IMG/VR virus record: IMGVR_UViG_3300029610_000240
Length of the DNA: 64,000 nucleotides
Direction: 5' to 3' (one strand)
Source of the DNA: a virus
Taxonomy: Duplodnaviria; Heunggongvirae; Uroviricota; Caudoviricetes
The notes beneath the pieces are model-generated. The model was not told the DNA's origin. It ran no database searches and worked only from the letters and a program-made list of their open reading frames with translations. A program made the translations under genes and the position numbers. The number at the start of each line of letters is the position of its first letter. Within the stretch, counting starts at the first letter, position 1. Shown one piece after another: positions 19,037 to 28,090 of the stretch.

Positions 19037-19391
19037 AACATATTTAGGAAGATTGACTATACTTCCTTACGAAAGTAGAAATTTACCGTCAATGTGGTCG
19101 TTGGACTGCTTGGTAATGAAAGCTCTGATTCAAATAGACTTACACTTGTAACTCCAAAGTCTGAAAATGATGTACGATTACAAGCTACACTTGATAATCA
19201 GAACCCCACGGGCTTGCCCGTGGGAGTAGTCAGATATAAAATTATATTTATTGTTTTGAATAAAAAATAAATTTTTTATCAAGATACACAAATGATATAA
19301 TTTGTGCTATAATTTATATCATGAGTTGTTGTATCAAAAGGCAACTTTTTATTAGAAAATTGGATATAAGGACAGTTTATGTCAAGGAAAT

Positions 19392-19424
19392 AGAGATATT
19401 CAGAGAAATATCTCTATTTTTTTA
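19392..19424 (+). terminator. Rho-independent terminator
   Basis: 'agagatattcagagaaatatctctattttttt'. Confidence 0.7.
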
Positions 19425-19460
19425 TCATTTTTTGCTTTAGTGGAGAAAGGAGACGTGCAA

Positions 19461-19772
19461 ATGAAACAGTATATCGGAATAAAGGTTGTTGCTGCGAGAC
19501 CAATGACAAGAGGTGACTATAATATCTTTCGAGGATGGCAGATTCCGGCAGACGAAGATCCTGCCGATGAAGGATATGTGATGAAATACGAGAATGGACA
19601 TGTGCAATGGTTGCCAAAGGATATGTTTGAGTCTGACTATAAAGAATATGACGAGAGTACCCTGCCGGCAACAGCTATTGGTATGGTAAGTTCAGATTAC
19701 AAAGAATGTTTTCAGGCAGAGTACAAGCAGCTCAGAATTCGTTATGAAAAATTGAAGAGAATGCGTCAATAA
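19461..19772 (+). CDS. hypothetical protein (about 103 aa)
   Basis: RBS 'gaaaggagac' before ATG 19461. No motif recognised. Its 3' end abuts the IscB element left end. Confidence 0.45.
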   Translation: MKQYIGIKVVAARPMTRGDYNIFRGWQIPADEDPADEGYVMKYENGHVQWLPKDMFESDYKEYDESTLPATAIGMVSSDYKECFQAEYKQLRIRYEKLKRMRQ

Positions 19773-19799
19773 CCCCGACCTACAGTAATAACTGTTGAG

Positions 19800-20044
19800 G
19801 TCGGAGCTTGTAAAAGCTCATATTGACTAGCCTAAGTTCTTCGAGAACTACGTTGTTTATGTTATCACACCTGCGAATGATACCATAGTTTGCAGCCTTG
19901 TGTAGGCTCTGTAAAAGTTCTGTGAGGTAGGAACGGTCAACCTAGTATGTTCGATCACGACAAGCATTTACAACATTGGCGAAGGGTAACAAACTTTCAA
20001 AAGAAAGGGACAGCACTTGAGAGTAGCTGTCAAAGGTAAAAACT
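19800..20044 (+). ncRNA. Putative IscB omega-RNA scaffold (structured, about 240 nt, immediately 5' of iscB)
   Basis: No ORF. Multiple local stems, for example 'gagcttgtaaaagctc' and 'ctgtaaaagttctgtgagg...'. The position matches the known IscB omega-RNA location overlapping the left end. Confidence 0.55.
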
Positions 20045-21319
20045 ATGAGAGTATTTGTATTCAATATGCGTGGCAGACCATTAATGCCATGCTCACAAAG
20101 AAAAGCCAGATTACTCCTAAGGGAAAATAAGGCTATGATTTATAAATATCATCCATTTACGATTCAGCTGACTTATACAACTGGAGAAACAAAGCAGGAC
20201 TGTCATATAGGTATAGACACAGGTTCTAAATATATAGGAGCTGCTGTCAGATCAGAGGATAAGGTTTTTTGGAAAGGCGAAATCGAGCTTCGACAGGATA
20301 TCAGGTCAAATCTTGATACGAAACGTATTTATCGCAGAAGCAGACGAAATCGTAAAACAAGATACCGAAAACCAAGGTTTTTAAATCGTAAGAGAAGAGA
20401 TGAATGGCTTCCACCTAGCTTGCAAAGCAGGATAAATCATACGTTTCATTGGATTGACACATTGAGTAGTTTGGTTCCAAACCCCATTCTTCACATAGAA
20501 GTCGGTAAGTTTGATGTAGCAAAGATGATAAATCCTGAAATCCATGGAGTTGACTATCAACATGGTCAGACATATGGTTTCTTCGATGAAAGGTATTTTG
20601 TTTTTGCAAGAGATAACTACACTTGTCAGTGCTGTGGAAAGTCAAAAAATAAGATTTTGAACACACATCATATCATCTACCGCAGTAATGGCGGAACAAA
20701 CAGAGTTGATAATCTTATTACAGTTTGCACAGATTGTCATACATCGCAGAATCACAGGAAAGGTGGAATATTCTATCAATGGCAGGAGCAGCATAAAAAG
20801 GTAAAACAATACAAAGAACCGCCGTTCATGAATACCTTACGTAAGAGGATATTTGTAGCGTATCCAGATGCTGAGATCACATATGGATCTGAAACAACAC
20901 CAAAACGTAAGGCGATGAAATTGGATAAGACGCACTATAATGATGCGATTGTCATTAGTGGTATCAATGAAATTAAAGAAAATCCTGAAGAATGGTTACT
21001 GATAAAACAATTCCGCAAAAAGAAACGCTCTTTACACGAGGCTACCGCCCGTAAGGGAAGAAAAAAGCCAAACAGAAATCAGACGCGTAACAGTAAGAAT
21101 ACGCCTTATTATAAAGGATTTTATCTTAACGATAAGGTTTCAGTTTTTGGAAAGAGTGGATATATTACAGGATTTACGAGCAATGCGGCATATATAAAAG
21201 ATGAGAACAATGACTATATTACTCTGCCAAACAAAACCTATAAACAGGTCAGCATCAATAAAATGAAGTTGGAATGTCATAACAACAATTGGCAGTACAT
21301 AATAAAAAATGCTGTGTAA
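20045..21319 (+). CDS. iscB: IscB, an RNA-guided nuclease ancestral to Cas9 (PLMP domain, split RuvC, HNH)
   Basis: PLMP motif 'RGRPLMPCS'. RuvC-I 'IGIDTGSKYIGAAV'. HNH 'CQCCGKSKNKILNTHHIIYRSNGGTNRVDNLITVCTDCH'. Length 424 aa. Confidence 0.85.
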   Translation: MRVFVFNMRGRPLMPCSQRKARLLLRENKAMIYKYHPFTIQLTYTTGETKQDCHIGIDTGSKYIGAAVRSEDKVFWKGEIELRQDIRSNLDTKRIYRRSRRNRKTRYRKPRFLNRKRRDEWLPPSLQSRINHTFHWIDTLSSLVPNPILHIEVGKFDVAKMINPEIHGVDYQHGQTYGFFDERYFVFARDNYTCQCCGKSKNKILNTHHIIYRSNGGTNRVDNLITVCTDCHTSQNHRKGGIFYQWQEQHKKVKQYKEPPFMNTLRKRIFVAYPDAEITYGSETTPKRKAMKLDKTHYNDAIVISGINEIKENPEEWLLIKQFRKKKRSLHEATARKGRKKPNRNQTRNSKNTPYYKGFYLNDKVSVFGKSGYITGFTSNAAYIKDENNDYITLPNKTYKQVSINKMKLECHNNNWQYIIKNAV

Positions 21320-21386
21320 TCCGCAATTCATCCCACCACCTATAGAGGTGGGGGACTTCTTGCTCACGGCGTGTTAAATAATTTCC

Positions 21387-21878
21387 ATGAAAGAGAGGTT
21401 TTTTATGCAAAAAAGATATCAATACTGTATGTCAGGTATGTTTGCTGCGACAGATCAAAATTATTACGAAATTAACATCCCATCTCCGCATACATATGAG
21501 ACGGAAGAAGAAGCTATGGCAGATGGAGCTTTTGGATATCGTTTTGTTTTATTGCCTGGTGGTAAAGGACCACAAGTAGTTATATTTGAAGGATCTGGCT
21601 TTCGTCTGGTTTGTGATGGAAAAGAAAATTATATAAAAGACTGGGTTGAAGGAGATATTGTCGGAATATATGATTTCGATGAATTTACAAAAGCTGGTGG
21701 CTATATCCGCTTACTAAATCCAGAACTGGGAGACGATGTTTGTATTATTGAAGATTCAGACTTTTTGGACACAGATAAAACGTTTGCGGATATTTTCCCT
21801 AATATGGAACATCTAAAGCTGTATTATATCGATAATCTTGCATATTCCATTGATGAAATAACAGAAGGAGATAAATAA
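21387..21878 (+). CDS. hypothetical protein (163 aa)
   Basis: ORF only. Confidence 0.4.
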   Translation: MKERFFMQKRYQYCMSGMFAATDQNYYEINIPSPHTYETEEEAMADGAFGYRFVLLPGGKGPQVVIFEGSGFRLVCDGKENYIKDWVEGDIVGIYDFDEFTKAGGYIRLLNPELGDDVCIIEDSDFLDTDKTFADIFPNMEHLKLYYIDNLAYSIDEITEGDK

Positions 21879-22399
21879 TGGCAAAAACAGAAGAAACATT
21901 GATCATTGAAGATGTCTTATATCAAAACCTGTTTGGATCCAACCCATGCCTTGCAAGAGAGTATGGAACAAAGGAAGTTACCGTAACTCTTCTCAAGGAG
22001 AAAAAAGTAAAGGAAATCGTTGATTTTCTAAGCTATAACGCAAAAAAAGATGAATTTCGATGCTATGAGATTAAAGTCAGCATGGCCGATTTTAAGAGTA
22101 AGGCTGCCAAAACATGGATTGGAAATTATAATTATTTGGTTATTCCAAGAGAGTTATATTTAAAGCAATCCTTGTATGAATGGAAAGAACAGATTCCATA
22201 TTACGTGGGTATTATCGTTGTAAACGTAGAGCGTAGATCGAAATGGGTTGCTAAAAGACCTTCACCAATGGAAGTATCTGCAGGAATGAAGTTTATGTTA
22301 AGACAGAGTCTAATCAGAACTTTATTTTATCAAAATGATAAATTAAAAAAGAATAGTGCTGCTAAAATAGAGCAGATCTGTCAAGAGACAGAAAAGTAA
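21878..22399 (+). CDS. hypothetical protein, possible PD-(D/E)xK nuclease fold
   Basis: 'VDFLSYNAKKDEFRCYEIKVSMADFK' contains a D...E-I-K arrangement. Weak evidence. Confidence 0.35.
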   Translation: MAKTEETLIIEDVLYQNLFGSNPCLAREYGTKEVTVTLLKEKKVKEIVDFLSYNAKKDEFRCYEIKVSMADFKSKAAKTWIGNYNYLVIPRELYLKQSLYEWKEQIPYYVGIIVVNVERRSKWVAKRPSPMEVSAGMKFMLRQSLIRTLFYQNDKLKKNSAAKIEQICQETEK

Positions 22400-22434
22400 C
22401 TGTTAAGTATCAAATAAAGAAAGGAATTTAAATT

Positions 22435-23001
22435 ATGGAAAAAATCTTGAATTTACAGAGAGGATGGAAATCCAGACTATGGTTTGGAGAAAAAGCATTT
22501 GCATTATGTTTTGTGATATTTACAGCATTTACTGGTTTAGTAAGTGTTAATGCAGGACCTGGAGCCTTGTATGAATCTCATACATTTCGTACAATTTTAA
22601 ATGTCATGTTGACTGCTGCTGCATATGTAATCGCAATTGATCTTGTGTATAACATGATGTTTAATTTTTCCCAACGTTTTTATCAGTCAATCGTCATAGA
22701 AGAAGCAATCGCTATCATTCCATTTATCGTTGGATTGATTATTTTATATGTATTTTCCTGCGGAAAAACAGTGGCAGATTTAATGTATTTTAAGACATAT
22801 GAGCATTTATGGGTGACATTTGTAATTGCTGCATGTATGATTCATGTGGTTTGCAGCTTTGTATTTCGTATGATCCGAAAGGATTACTATAAAAAACATC
22901 CAGAAGAAGAACCACATTATGGCACCATGTATGTATATGATCTTAATAAAAGTAAGAATGATGAAGGAGGAGATGTAGATGAAAAAAGGGAAAGTGATTA
23001 G
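22435..23001 (+). CDS. Integral membrane protein (4-5 TM helices)
   Basis: Hydrophobic segments throughout. RBS 'aaaggaatttaaattatg'. Confidence 0.5.
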   Translation: MEKILNLQRGWKSRLWFGEKAFALCFVIFTAFTGLVSVNAGPGALYESHTFRTILNVMLTAAAYVIAIDLVYNMMFNFSQRFYQSIVIEEAIAIIPFIVGLIILYVFSCGKTVADLMYFKTYEHLWVTFVIAACMIHVVCSFVFRMIRKDYYKKHPEEEPHYGTMYVYDLNKSKNDEGGDVDEKRESD

Positions 23002-23446
23002 AGTAGAAAATGATATTGTAACGATCGGGATGAACAATGGTTCCATTAAAGAAGTTCGAAGATGTGATCTTGGATTTGATCCTGTTCTTGGAGATTTGGT
23101 GGAAATTTTCGAGAATGAAGATCAGATCATTGTGACAAAGGCAAAAAAAGAGCCTGAGAATCACAACGATGCTGGAATCAATATTAACATGACAAACAGT
23201 ATTAACAATGCATCTGATGTGGCAGCAGGAAATGGAAAGAAAGTAGTGAATAAAGTAGCTTACTGCTTACTGGCACTTTTCCTTGGTGGTTTCGGTGCTC
23301 ATAAGTTTTACAGTGGAAAGACTGGGATGGGAATCCTCTATATTGTGTTTTGTTGGACAGCGATTCCAAGTTTTGTTGCATGGGTAGAATTGATCATTGC
23401 TGTATTTACCAAAAAAGCCGATGCAAACGGAAACATTGTTATGTGA
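22979..23446 (+). CDS. TM2-domain protein (soluble N-terminal domain plus C-terminal TM2 double-helix module)
   Basis: 'AYCLLALFLGGFGAHKFYSGKTGMGILYIVFCWTAIPSFVAWVEL' matches the TM2 'GxHRFYxG' signature. Confidence 0.7.
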   Translation: MKKGKVIRVENDIVTIGMNNGSIKEVRRCDLGFDPVLGDLVEIFENEDQIIVTKAKKEPENHNDAGININMTNSINNASDVAAGNGKKVVNKVAYCLLALFLGGFGAHKFYSGKTGMGILYIVFCWTAIPSFVAWVELIIAVFTKKADANGNIVM

Positions 23447-23449
23447 CAT

Positions 23450-23600
23450 CCTCTCCCATCTATAGAGGTGGGAGCTTCCCTAACCTCGGCAGGTTTGGTT
23501 CTCGTTCGATAGCACCAATGTGCTAAGCTTAAGCGAGCTAACCCCGTGTGTCCCACGGTTGTATTATGTGAAATTGTGGTTATGCAGTTACTATCCGCAT
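23450..23600 (-). ncRNA. Putative TnpB omega-RNA (reRNA) region overlapping the tnpB 3' end and the right-end hairpin
   Basis: Structured, ORF-free segment immediately 3' of tnpB on the minus strand. Local palindromes 'gcttaagc' and 'ccgtgtgtcccacgg'. Placement follows the known TnpB reRNA organisation. Confidence 0.45.
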
Positions 23601-24698
23601 TCCCTCATTTCTGATATTGATCGCTGCATTTACATCTCTGTCGTGATGGATTCCACACTGCGGACAATCCCACTGCCTGAGTGCAAGATCCTTTGTTTTC
23701 GCATTCTTGTAACCACAGGCAGAACACATCTGACTGCTTGCAAAAAATCTGTCCACTTTCACAAGTTTTTTCCCTTGTTCCTCAAGTTTATACTTTAGAA
23801 AGGCTGTGAACATTCCCCATCCATTATCCGAAACGGATTTTCCCAATTTCAACGACCGAGACATTGCTTTCATATCCAGATCCTCTATACATACACAATC
23901 ATAGGCATTGGTTATCTGTCTTGACTGCTTATGCAGAAAATCTTTTCGCTGATTGGAAACTTTTTCGTGAAGTTTGGCTACCTTGATTCTCTGTTTCCTG
24001 CGATTGTTCGAACCTTTCTGCATCTTGGAAAGTCTGCGTTGTTCTCTTGCTAATCTTTTCTCTGCGTTCCGGTAATATCCTGGATATGCCGGTTCATTGC
24101 CATTACTGTCACGATATAATCCGTGCATGGAAAAGTCCAGACCTAAAAAACTGTGCATCTCCTTTTCTGGTATCTGATCTTCATACTCAAAAAGGATACT
24201 TGCATAGTATCTTCCGCCTGGTGTCTGGCTGATCGTCACTGATTTCAACCTGTATCCCTTTGGAACAGATCTGTGCTGCTTTAATCGGACTTGTCCGATC
24301 TTTGGCAGTTTCAGATACCCATCCGATATGGTGATGTTGCCATTGATACATATGGTTGAATAGCTGTTTTTATGATTCTTTTTTGATTTGAACCTTGGAA
24401 ATCCTGTTTTCGGCCGTTTGAAAAAGTTCTGAAATGCTGTATCAAGGTGTCGGAGTGATTGCTGTAAGGATATACTATCGACTTCCCGCAAAAATGCGTA
24501 TTCTTCCGTTTTCTTCATTTCAGCCATTTCTTTCGCACAGACAGTATATGTTATATTTGTCTTGTTCTTCTTATACTGCCTGATCCTTCGATTAAGCCAA
24601 TGGTTGTACACCATTCTGACACAGCCGAAAGTCCTGGCAAACAGAATCATCTGCTCATTATTGGGATATATTCTGAATTTATATGCTCTGTTTGCCAT
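23580..24698 (-). CDS. tnpB: TnpB RNA-guided endonuclease (IS605 OrfB), with intact RuvC and zinc finger
   Basis: 'AYKFRIYPNNEQMILFARTFGCVRMVYNHWL' is the canonical TnpB N-terminus. RuvC-I 'LGLDFSMHGL'. Zinc finger plus RuvC-III 'CSACGYKNAKTKDLALRQWDCPQCGIHHDRDVNAAINI'. Confidence 0.9.
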   Translation of the reverse strand: MANRAYKFRIYPNNEQMILFARTFGCVRMVYNHWLNRRIRQYKKNKTNITYTVCAKEMAEMKKTEEYAFLREVDSISLQQSLRHLDTAFQNFFKRPKTGFPRFKSKKNHKNSYSTICINGNITISDGYLKLPKIGQVRLKQHRSVPKGYRLKSVTISQTPGGRYYASILFEYEDQIPEKEMHSFLGLDFSMHGLYRDSNGNEPAYPGYYRNAEKRLAREQRRLSKMQKGSNNRRKQRIKVAKLHEKVSNQRKDFLHKQSRQITNAYDCVCIEDLDMKAMSRSLKLGKSVSDNGWGMFTAFLKYKLEEQGKKLVKVDRFFASSQMCSACGYKNAKTKDLALRQWDCPQCGIHHDRDVNAAINIRNEGMRIVTA

Positions 24699-25220
24699 GG
24701 TATCACTCCCTTAGTTTTCTGCTTGTGTTTTTGATCATTTTAACAATTTATTATATTTTATCATTTCTTTATTATTCTTTTAAATATATTATACTATGAT
24801 CAGAATACAATATCAAGTGCTTAACAGACGCAATTCATCTCTCACCTTAGAGGTCGGAGTCTTCTTGCTGGAAGAAGATAAAGTATAAGAATAAAAGCCC
24901 CAAAATCTTAACGGATAACGGGGCTTATTTTTTTGTTTAGAAGTTGGAATAAATTATAAATAATAATTTAAAATATGTAATATTCCCATATAATTATAAT
25001 GTTATTCTTGAAATATGTTCAAATAAAGCTAAAAAATATGGGAGCGTTACATATTTTTGCTTGTAATTTGTCAAGGTTATTGTATAATTAAATTATAACG
25101 AACGTTCGTACTAATTAATTTTGAAATGGAACAAAATGTGATTAGAAAGGTAACATTTTTACATGAATTTGGAAAAACAAAAAGAAAATTTCAAGAATCA
25201 TAGGGCAATATTTAAAGATC

Positions 25221-25451
25221 TTGGAAATAAGGAAGGAGTTGATTTTAATGTTTGAAACTATATCTCACTTTGTTTTGGGTGTTGTTGCAATAGCTATTTT
25301 GCATATAGCTCTCACTTATGGTATGAGCGATAAAACAAACGACAATCCAAAGATAAGATTCTTAAAAACTGTGTGTTTTGTGGGTGCTTTTGTGGGTGCA
25401 AATATAATGATCATATTTTTCATTTATATTATTGTTAGGAGTCCATTATGA
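25221..25451 (+). CDS. Small membrane protein (76 aa, 2 TM)
   Basis: RBS 'aaggaaggagttgattttaatg' with hydrophobic content. Confidence 0.4.
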   Translation: MEIRKELILMFETISHFVLGVVAIAILHIALTYGMSDKTNDNPKIRFLKTVCFVGAFVGANIMIIFFIYIIVRSPL

Positions 25452-25992
25452 TATTGATTTTGCAAAAGGAGGAACAAGAATGAGAATGGAAACTTTTTAC
25501 AAAATAATACTTGGAATAAGAGAGTTTCCCGGCTGTGCAGACTTGTTGTTAACTTATGATGATCAAGAAATTTTGCATCAATTATATAATCAGAATCACA
25601 TTGGAATACACATTATAGGTAGAAATTATAGTTGCCGCCGGTAAAATAGAGAAAATTATGTGAAGGAGAACGTTTATGACAATAGCACAGCAGATTGCAC
25701 ATGACTTTTTAGCGAGTATAGAAAAAGTATGTGTCGAAAATAAAATAGATATTGGGTCATTAGAAACAAGTATTATTTATGACAAAGGAGCACAAGCAGG
25801 AATAGCAGTAAAAGATGCACAAGCAGGAATAATTATTGCATCTCTATTTTATGCCTTTTATTTTTCCCATATAAGAGAAATCCTTTTTATGATCTGCAAA
25901 AAGATGGAATAGATATGATGGAAAAGGATTTCGGAAGTTTTTTGGACAAGTAGATCATATAGGCAGATATAAACGAATTGATCACAAGTTAA

Positions 25993-26667
25993 ATGAAAGA
26001 GGTTTTGAAGAAAATGAAAATAAAATGTAGTAAAAAATTAAAGAAAACGCATTTGAGTGATGGTGCTTATAATTTGCTAATCGAAGCTATTGTACTATAC
26101 GGCTTATTAATCAATCTTATAACATGTGCATTTTTTGCGGATTATGTAGCTATGATTCCATTAAGAGCATTGGTGATTGGATACCTGCTCATTTCAATTA
26201 TTGGAATAGTAATGTTAACCAGATATAAGGCTGTCCTTGTAAAATTTGTTGGATATAACATGATTGTGATTCCATGTGGAATAACATTATCAACCATCAT
26301 CAGTGATTATGCTGGTAGATCTGATCTTGTATTGCAAGCATTGATCATTACAACTATGATCACTTTTTGTATGATTACTCTTAGTTGCATATTCCCAAAG
26401 TTTTTTGTAGGTATTGGGAAAATGCTTTTTGTAGCATTAGTAGGAGTTGTTATTGCATATGTCGTATGCTATTTTGTCGGATTAAATACAGGAATTATAG
26501 CATGGATTTCGGCAATTATTTTTTCCTTATATATTGGATACGATTTTGTTTCAGCACAGCAGGCTAAACATACAGTTGCAAACGCAATTATTTACGGGGC
26601 TGATATTTATTTGGATCTGGTCAATCTTTTTGTTGAGATTTTAAGAATTTTAAAAGATAACGATTAA
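25993..26667 (+). CDS. Multi-pass membrane protein, possibly of the Bax-inhibitor-1/YccA family
   Basis: About 7 predicted TM helices, about 220 aa, C-terminal 'IIYGADIYLDLVNLFVEILRIL'. Family assignment tentative. Confidence 0.45.
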   Translation: MKEVLKKMKIKCSKKLKKTHLSDGAYNLLIEAIVLYGLLINLITCAFFADYVAMIPLRALVIGYLLISIIGIVMLTRYKAVLVKFVGYNMIVIPCGITLSTIISDYAGRSDLVLQALIITTMITFCMITLSCIFPKFFVGIGKMLFVALVGVVIAYVVCYFVGLNTGIIAWISAIIFSLYIGYDFVSAQQAKHTVANAIIYGADIYLDLVNLFVEILRILKDND

Positions 26668-26703
26668 TCATTATATGTCAAAATAAGATAGGAGAGAAAG
26701 ATT

Positions 26704-26913
26704 ATGAGTCAAAATACGAATAAGCAGCATCGAGAAATAAAAGTAGTTGTGAGGGATTTTACGCAGCAGGGAGAAAGAGATAAAGTAAGGGATGAACTAA
26801 TTAAAAGTGGCTATAAAGTAGTTGTGAAAAATTTTACAAAGGAAGAGAGTCACGGAGAGTTTCGAATGCCTGAAAATGAAGATGTAGACATTGACTCAAA
26901 AAGATTTATCTGA
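26704..26913 (+). CDS. Small protein with an internal duplicated 'VVV(R/K)(D/N)FT' module
   Basis: RBS 'aggagagaaagattatg'. Contains 'KVVVRDFTQQGE...KVVVKNFTKEESHGEFRM'. Confidence 0.45.
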   Translation: MSQNTNKQHREIKVVVRDFTQQGERDKVRDELIKSGYKVVVKNFTKEESHGEFRMPENEDVDIDSKRFI

Positions 26914-26946
26914 TTACGAAAATGAAGTTCTTATAGGAGAAAATTT

Positions 26947-27978
26947 ATGAAAATGAGAAAGAAAGAAGTCGTTAAAATGTTAAAAGAAATGCAAAAAACT
27001 GTATATAATTCTGTTATGTTTGAAAAAGCCGGACCCCAGCAGAAATGGATTATTGAAAACCTGCTTGGAAGTGCAATCGCAGAGTTAGATGAGTATCCAT
27101 ATGCGATTGGACTCAAAAATAAGAATTTGATCGAGTCTAAAGTGGTTCATCCAGAAAGCGAATATGATTACGTTGATAGATTTGATGATGATGAAACGGA
27201 CTACTTAGATTATGATTGCAGGTATTCACTTTTTGAACCAAATACGAAAGAATCAAAGAATATTTCTGCAAAACAGGAATGCATGAAAGAAGGTATCGTA
27301 AAAAAGATTCCTTTTCTGCTCACAAAGGAAATAATCGCTGTATGTATCAATCACTCAAATACTACATACGCCAAATTCATCTATGAAAAAACGGATGATG
27401 GAAAGACCAAAGTAATTTTATATCCAGGCAATGTAAGCTTCGTGGTCGAAATAGAATCATTATCTATGTCATCTGATATTAGAAAAGCAAAAATTATATT
27501 TTCTTCTCTAAAAGCACAGTATAAAGACATGAATGAAGAATTATTTAATGAAATTCAGGAACGGATTATTGAACGATATATCAGGCTTATGGCATGGGAA
27601 GAAATCGAAAAAATAAGTACCTTAAATTTTCATGTAAGAATGCGAGAATGTGATCTGCTAAAATTATATCAATATTATATTTTTGATCGTAGCCGGCAGC
27701 GTCTAATAGTAAATGCGAAACCCTATGATAATGATCAATTATATGTCAATATCCTTGGAAATAGAATTAATTTGAATGATATATTAATCGGAGATCACTA
27801 TAAGTGGAATCCTGAAAAATTTCCAAAAATTTATGATGGATCATTTAAAGATTTTTTAGAATCATTTGATTTTGAAGCAAACGGAATTTGTCGTGTTCAT
27901 GATTCTATATATGCAAGTGATGAAAATGACATTCTTATTGGAAGAAAAATGAAATCTGTAATTGATAAATTATTCTAA
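26947..27978 (+). CDS. hypothetical protein (343 aa)
   Basis: ORF with RBS 'taggagaaaatttatg'. Confidence 0.5.
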   Translation: MKMRKKEVVKMLKEMQKTVYNSVMFEKAGPQQKWIIENLLGSAIAELDEYPYAIGLKNKNLIESKVVHPESEYDYVDRFDDDETDYLDYDCRYSLFEPNTKESKNISAKQECMKEGIVKKIPFLLTKEIIAVCINHSNTTYAKFIYEKTDDGKTKVILYPGNVSFVVEIESLSMSSDIRKAKIIFSSLKAQYKDMNEELFNEIQERIIERYIRLMAWEEIEKISTLNFHVRMRECDLLKLYQYYIFDRSRQRLIVNAKPYDNDQLYVNILGNRINLNDILIGDHYKWNPEKFPKIYDGSFKDFLESFDFEANGICRVHDSIYASDENDILIGRKMKSVIDKLF

Positions 27979-28027
27979 AAAGAGAAATCAAAGAAGAAGT
28001 TGTTTTCAAAAGAAACAGCTACAAAAT

Positions 28028-28090
28028 AGTTGTAAGAGATTTTACAAAGAAAGAGAATCACGGAAGGATTTGCGTGTTTGAAAAGGAGTG
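28028..28090 (+). repeat. Partial direct repeat of the 3' part of gene 26704..26913, giving a duplicated flank around gene 26947..27978
   Basis: 'atagttgtaagagattttacaaagaaagagaatcacggaaggatttgcgtgtttgaaaagga' resembles 26818-26880 'gtagttgtgaaaaattttacaaaggaagagagtcacggagagtttcgaatgcctgaaaatga'. Confidence 0.55.

Larger units (their letters stand above)
16605..19235 (+). mobile_element. IS200/IS605-family element bounded by matching subterminal hairpins, carrying a small ORF, tnpA and a tnpB-like gene
   Basis: Left hairpin 'cccacacgcttgcgtgtggg' at 16667-16686, plus a 10-bp stem 'aaccctacct...aggtagggtt' at 16613-16644. Right hairpin 'cccacgggcttgcccgtggg' at 19204-19223. Both hairpins share the cccac...ttg...gtggg architecture. 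Confidence 0.75.
19780..21372 (+). mobile_element. Non-autonomous IS200/IS605-family IscB element (left hairpin, omega-RNA, iscB, right hairpin), with no tnpA
   Basis: Left hairpin 'ccgacctacagtaataactgttgaggtcgg' at 19783-19806. Right-end motif 'cgcaattcatcccaccacctatagaggtgggggacttcttgct' at 21321-21366. Confidence 0.75.
23450..24880 (-). mobile_element. IS605/IS1341-like solo TnpB element (no tnpA). Its hairpin-containing ends are homologous to the IscB element ends.
   Basis: End motifs 'cccatctatagaggtgggagcttc' at 23455-23480 and 'cgcaattcatctctcaccttagaggtcggagtcttcttgct' at 24830-24868. Confidence 0.65.

Noticed and set aside
24886-24935. Hairpin with a T-run ('aaaagccccaaaatcttaacggataacggggcttattttttt') right of the TnpB element
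   Set aside because: It is a plausible terminator, but no plus-strand gene ends there and the stem is interrupted. Its assignment is unclear, so it is not listed as a feature.
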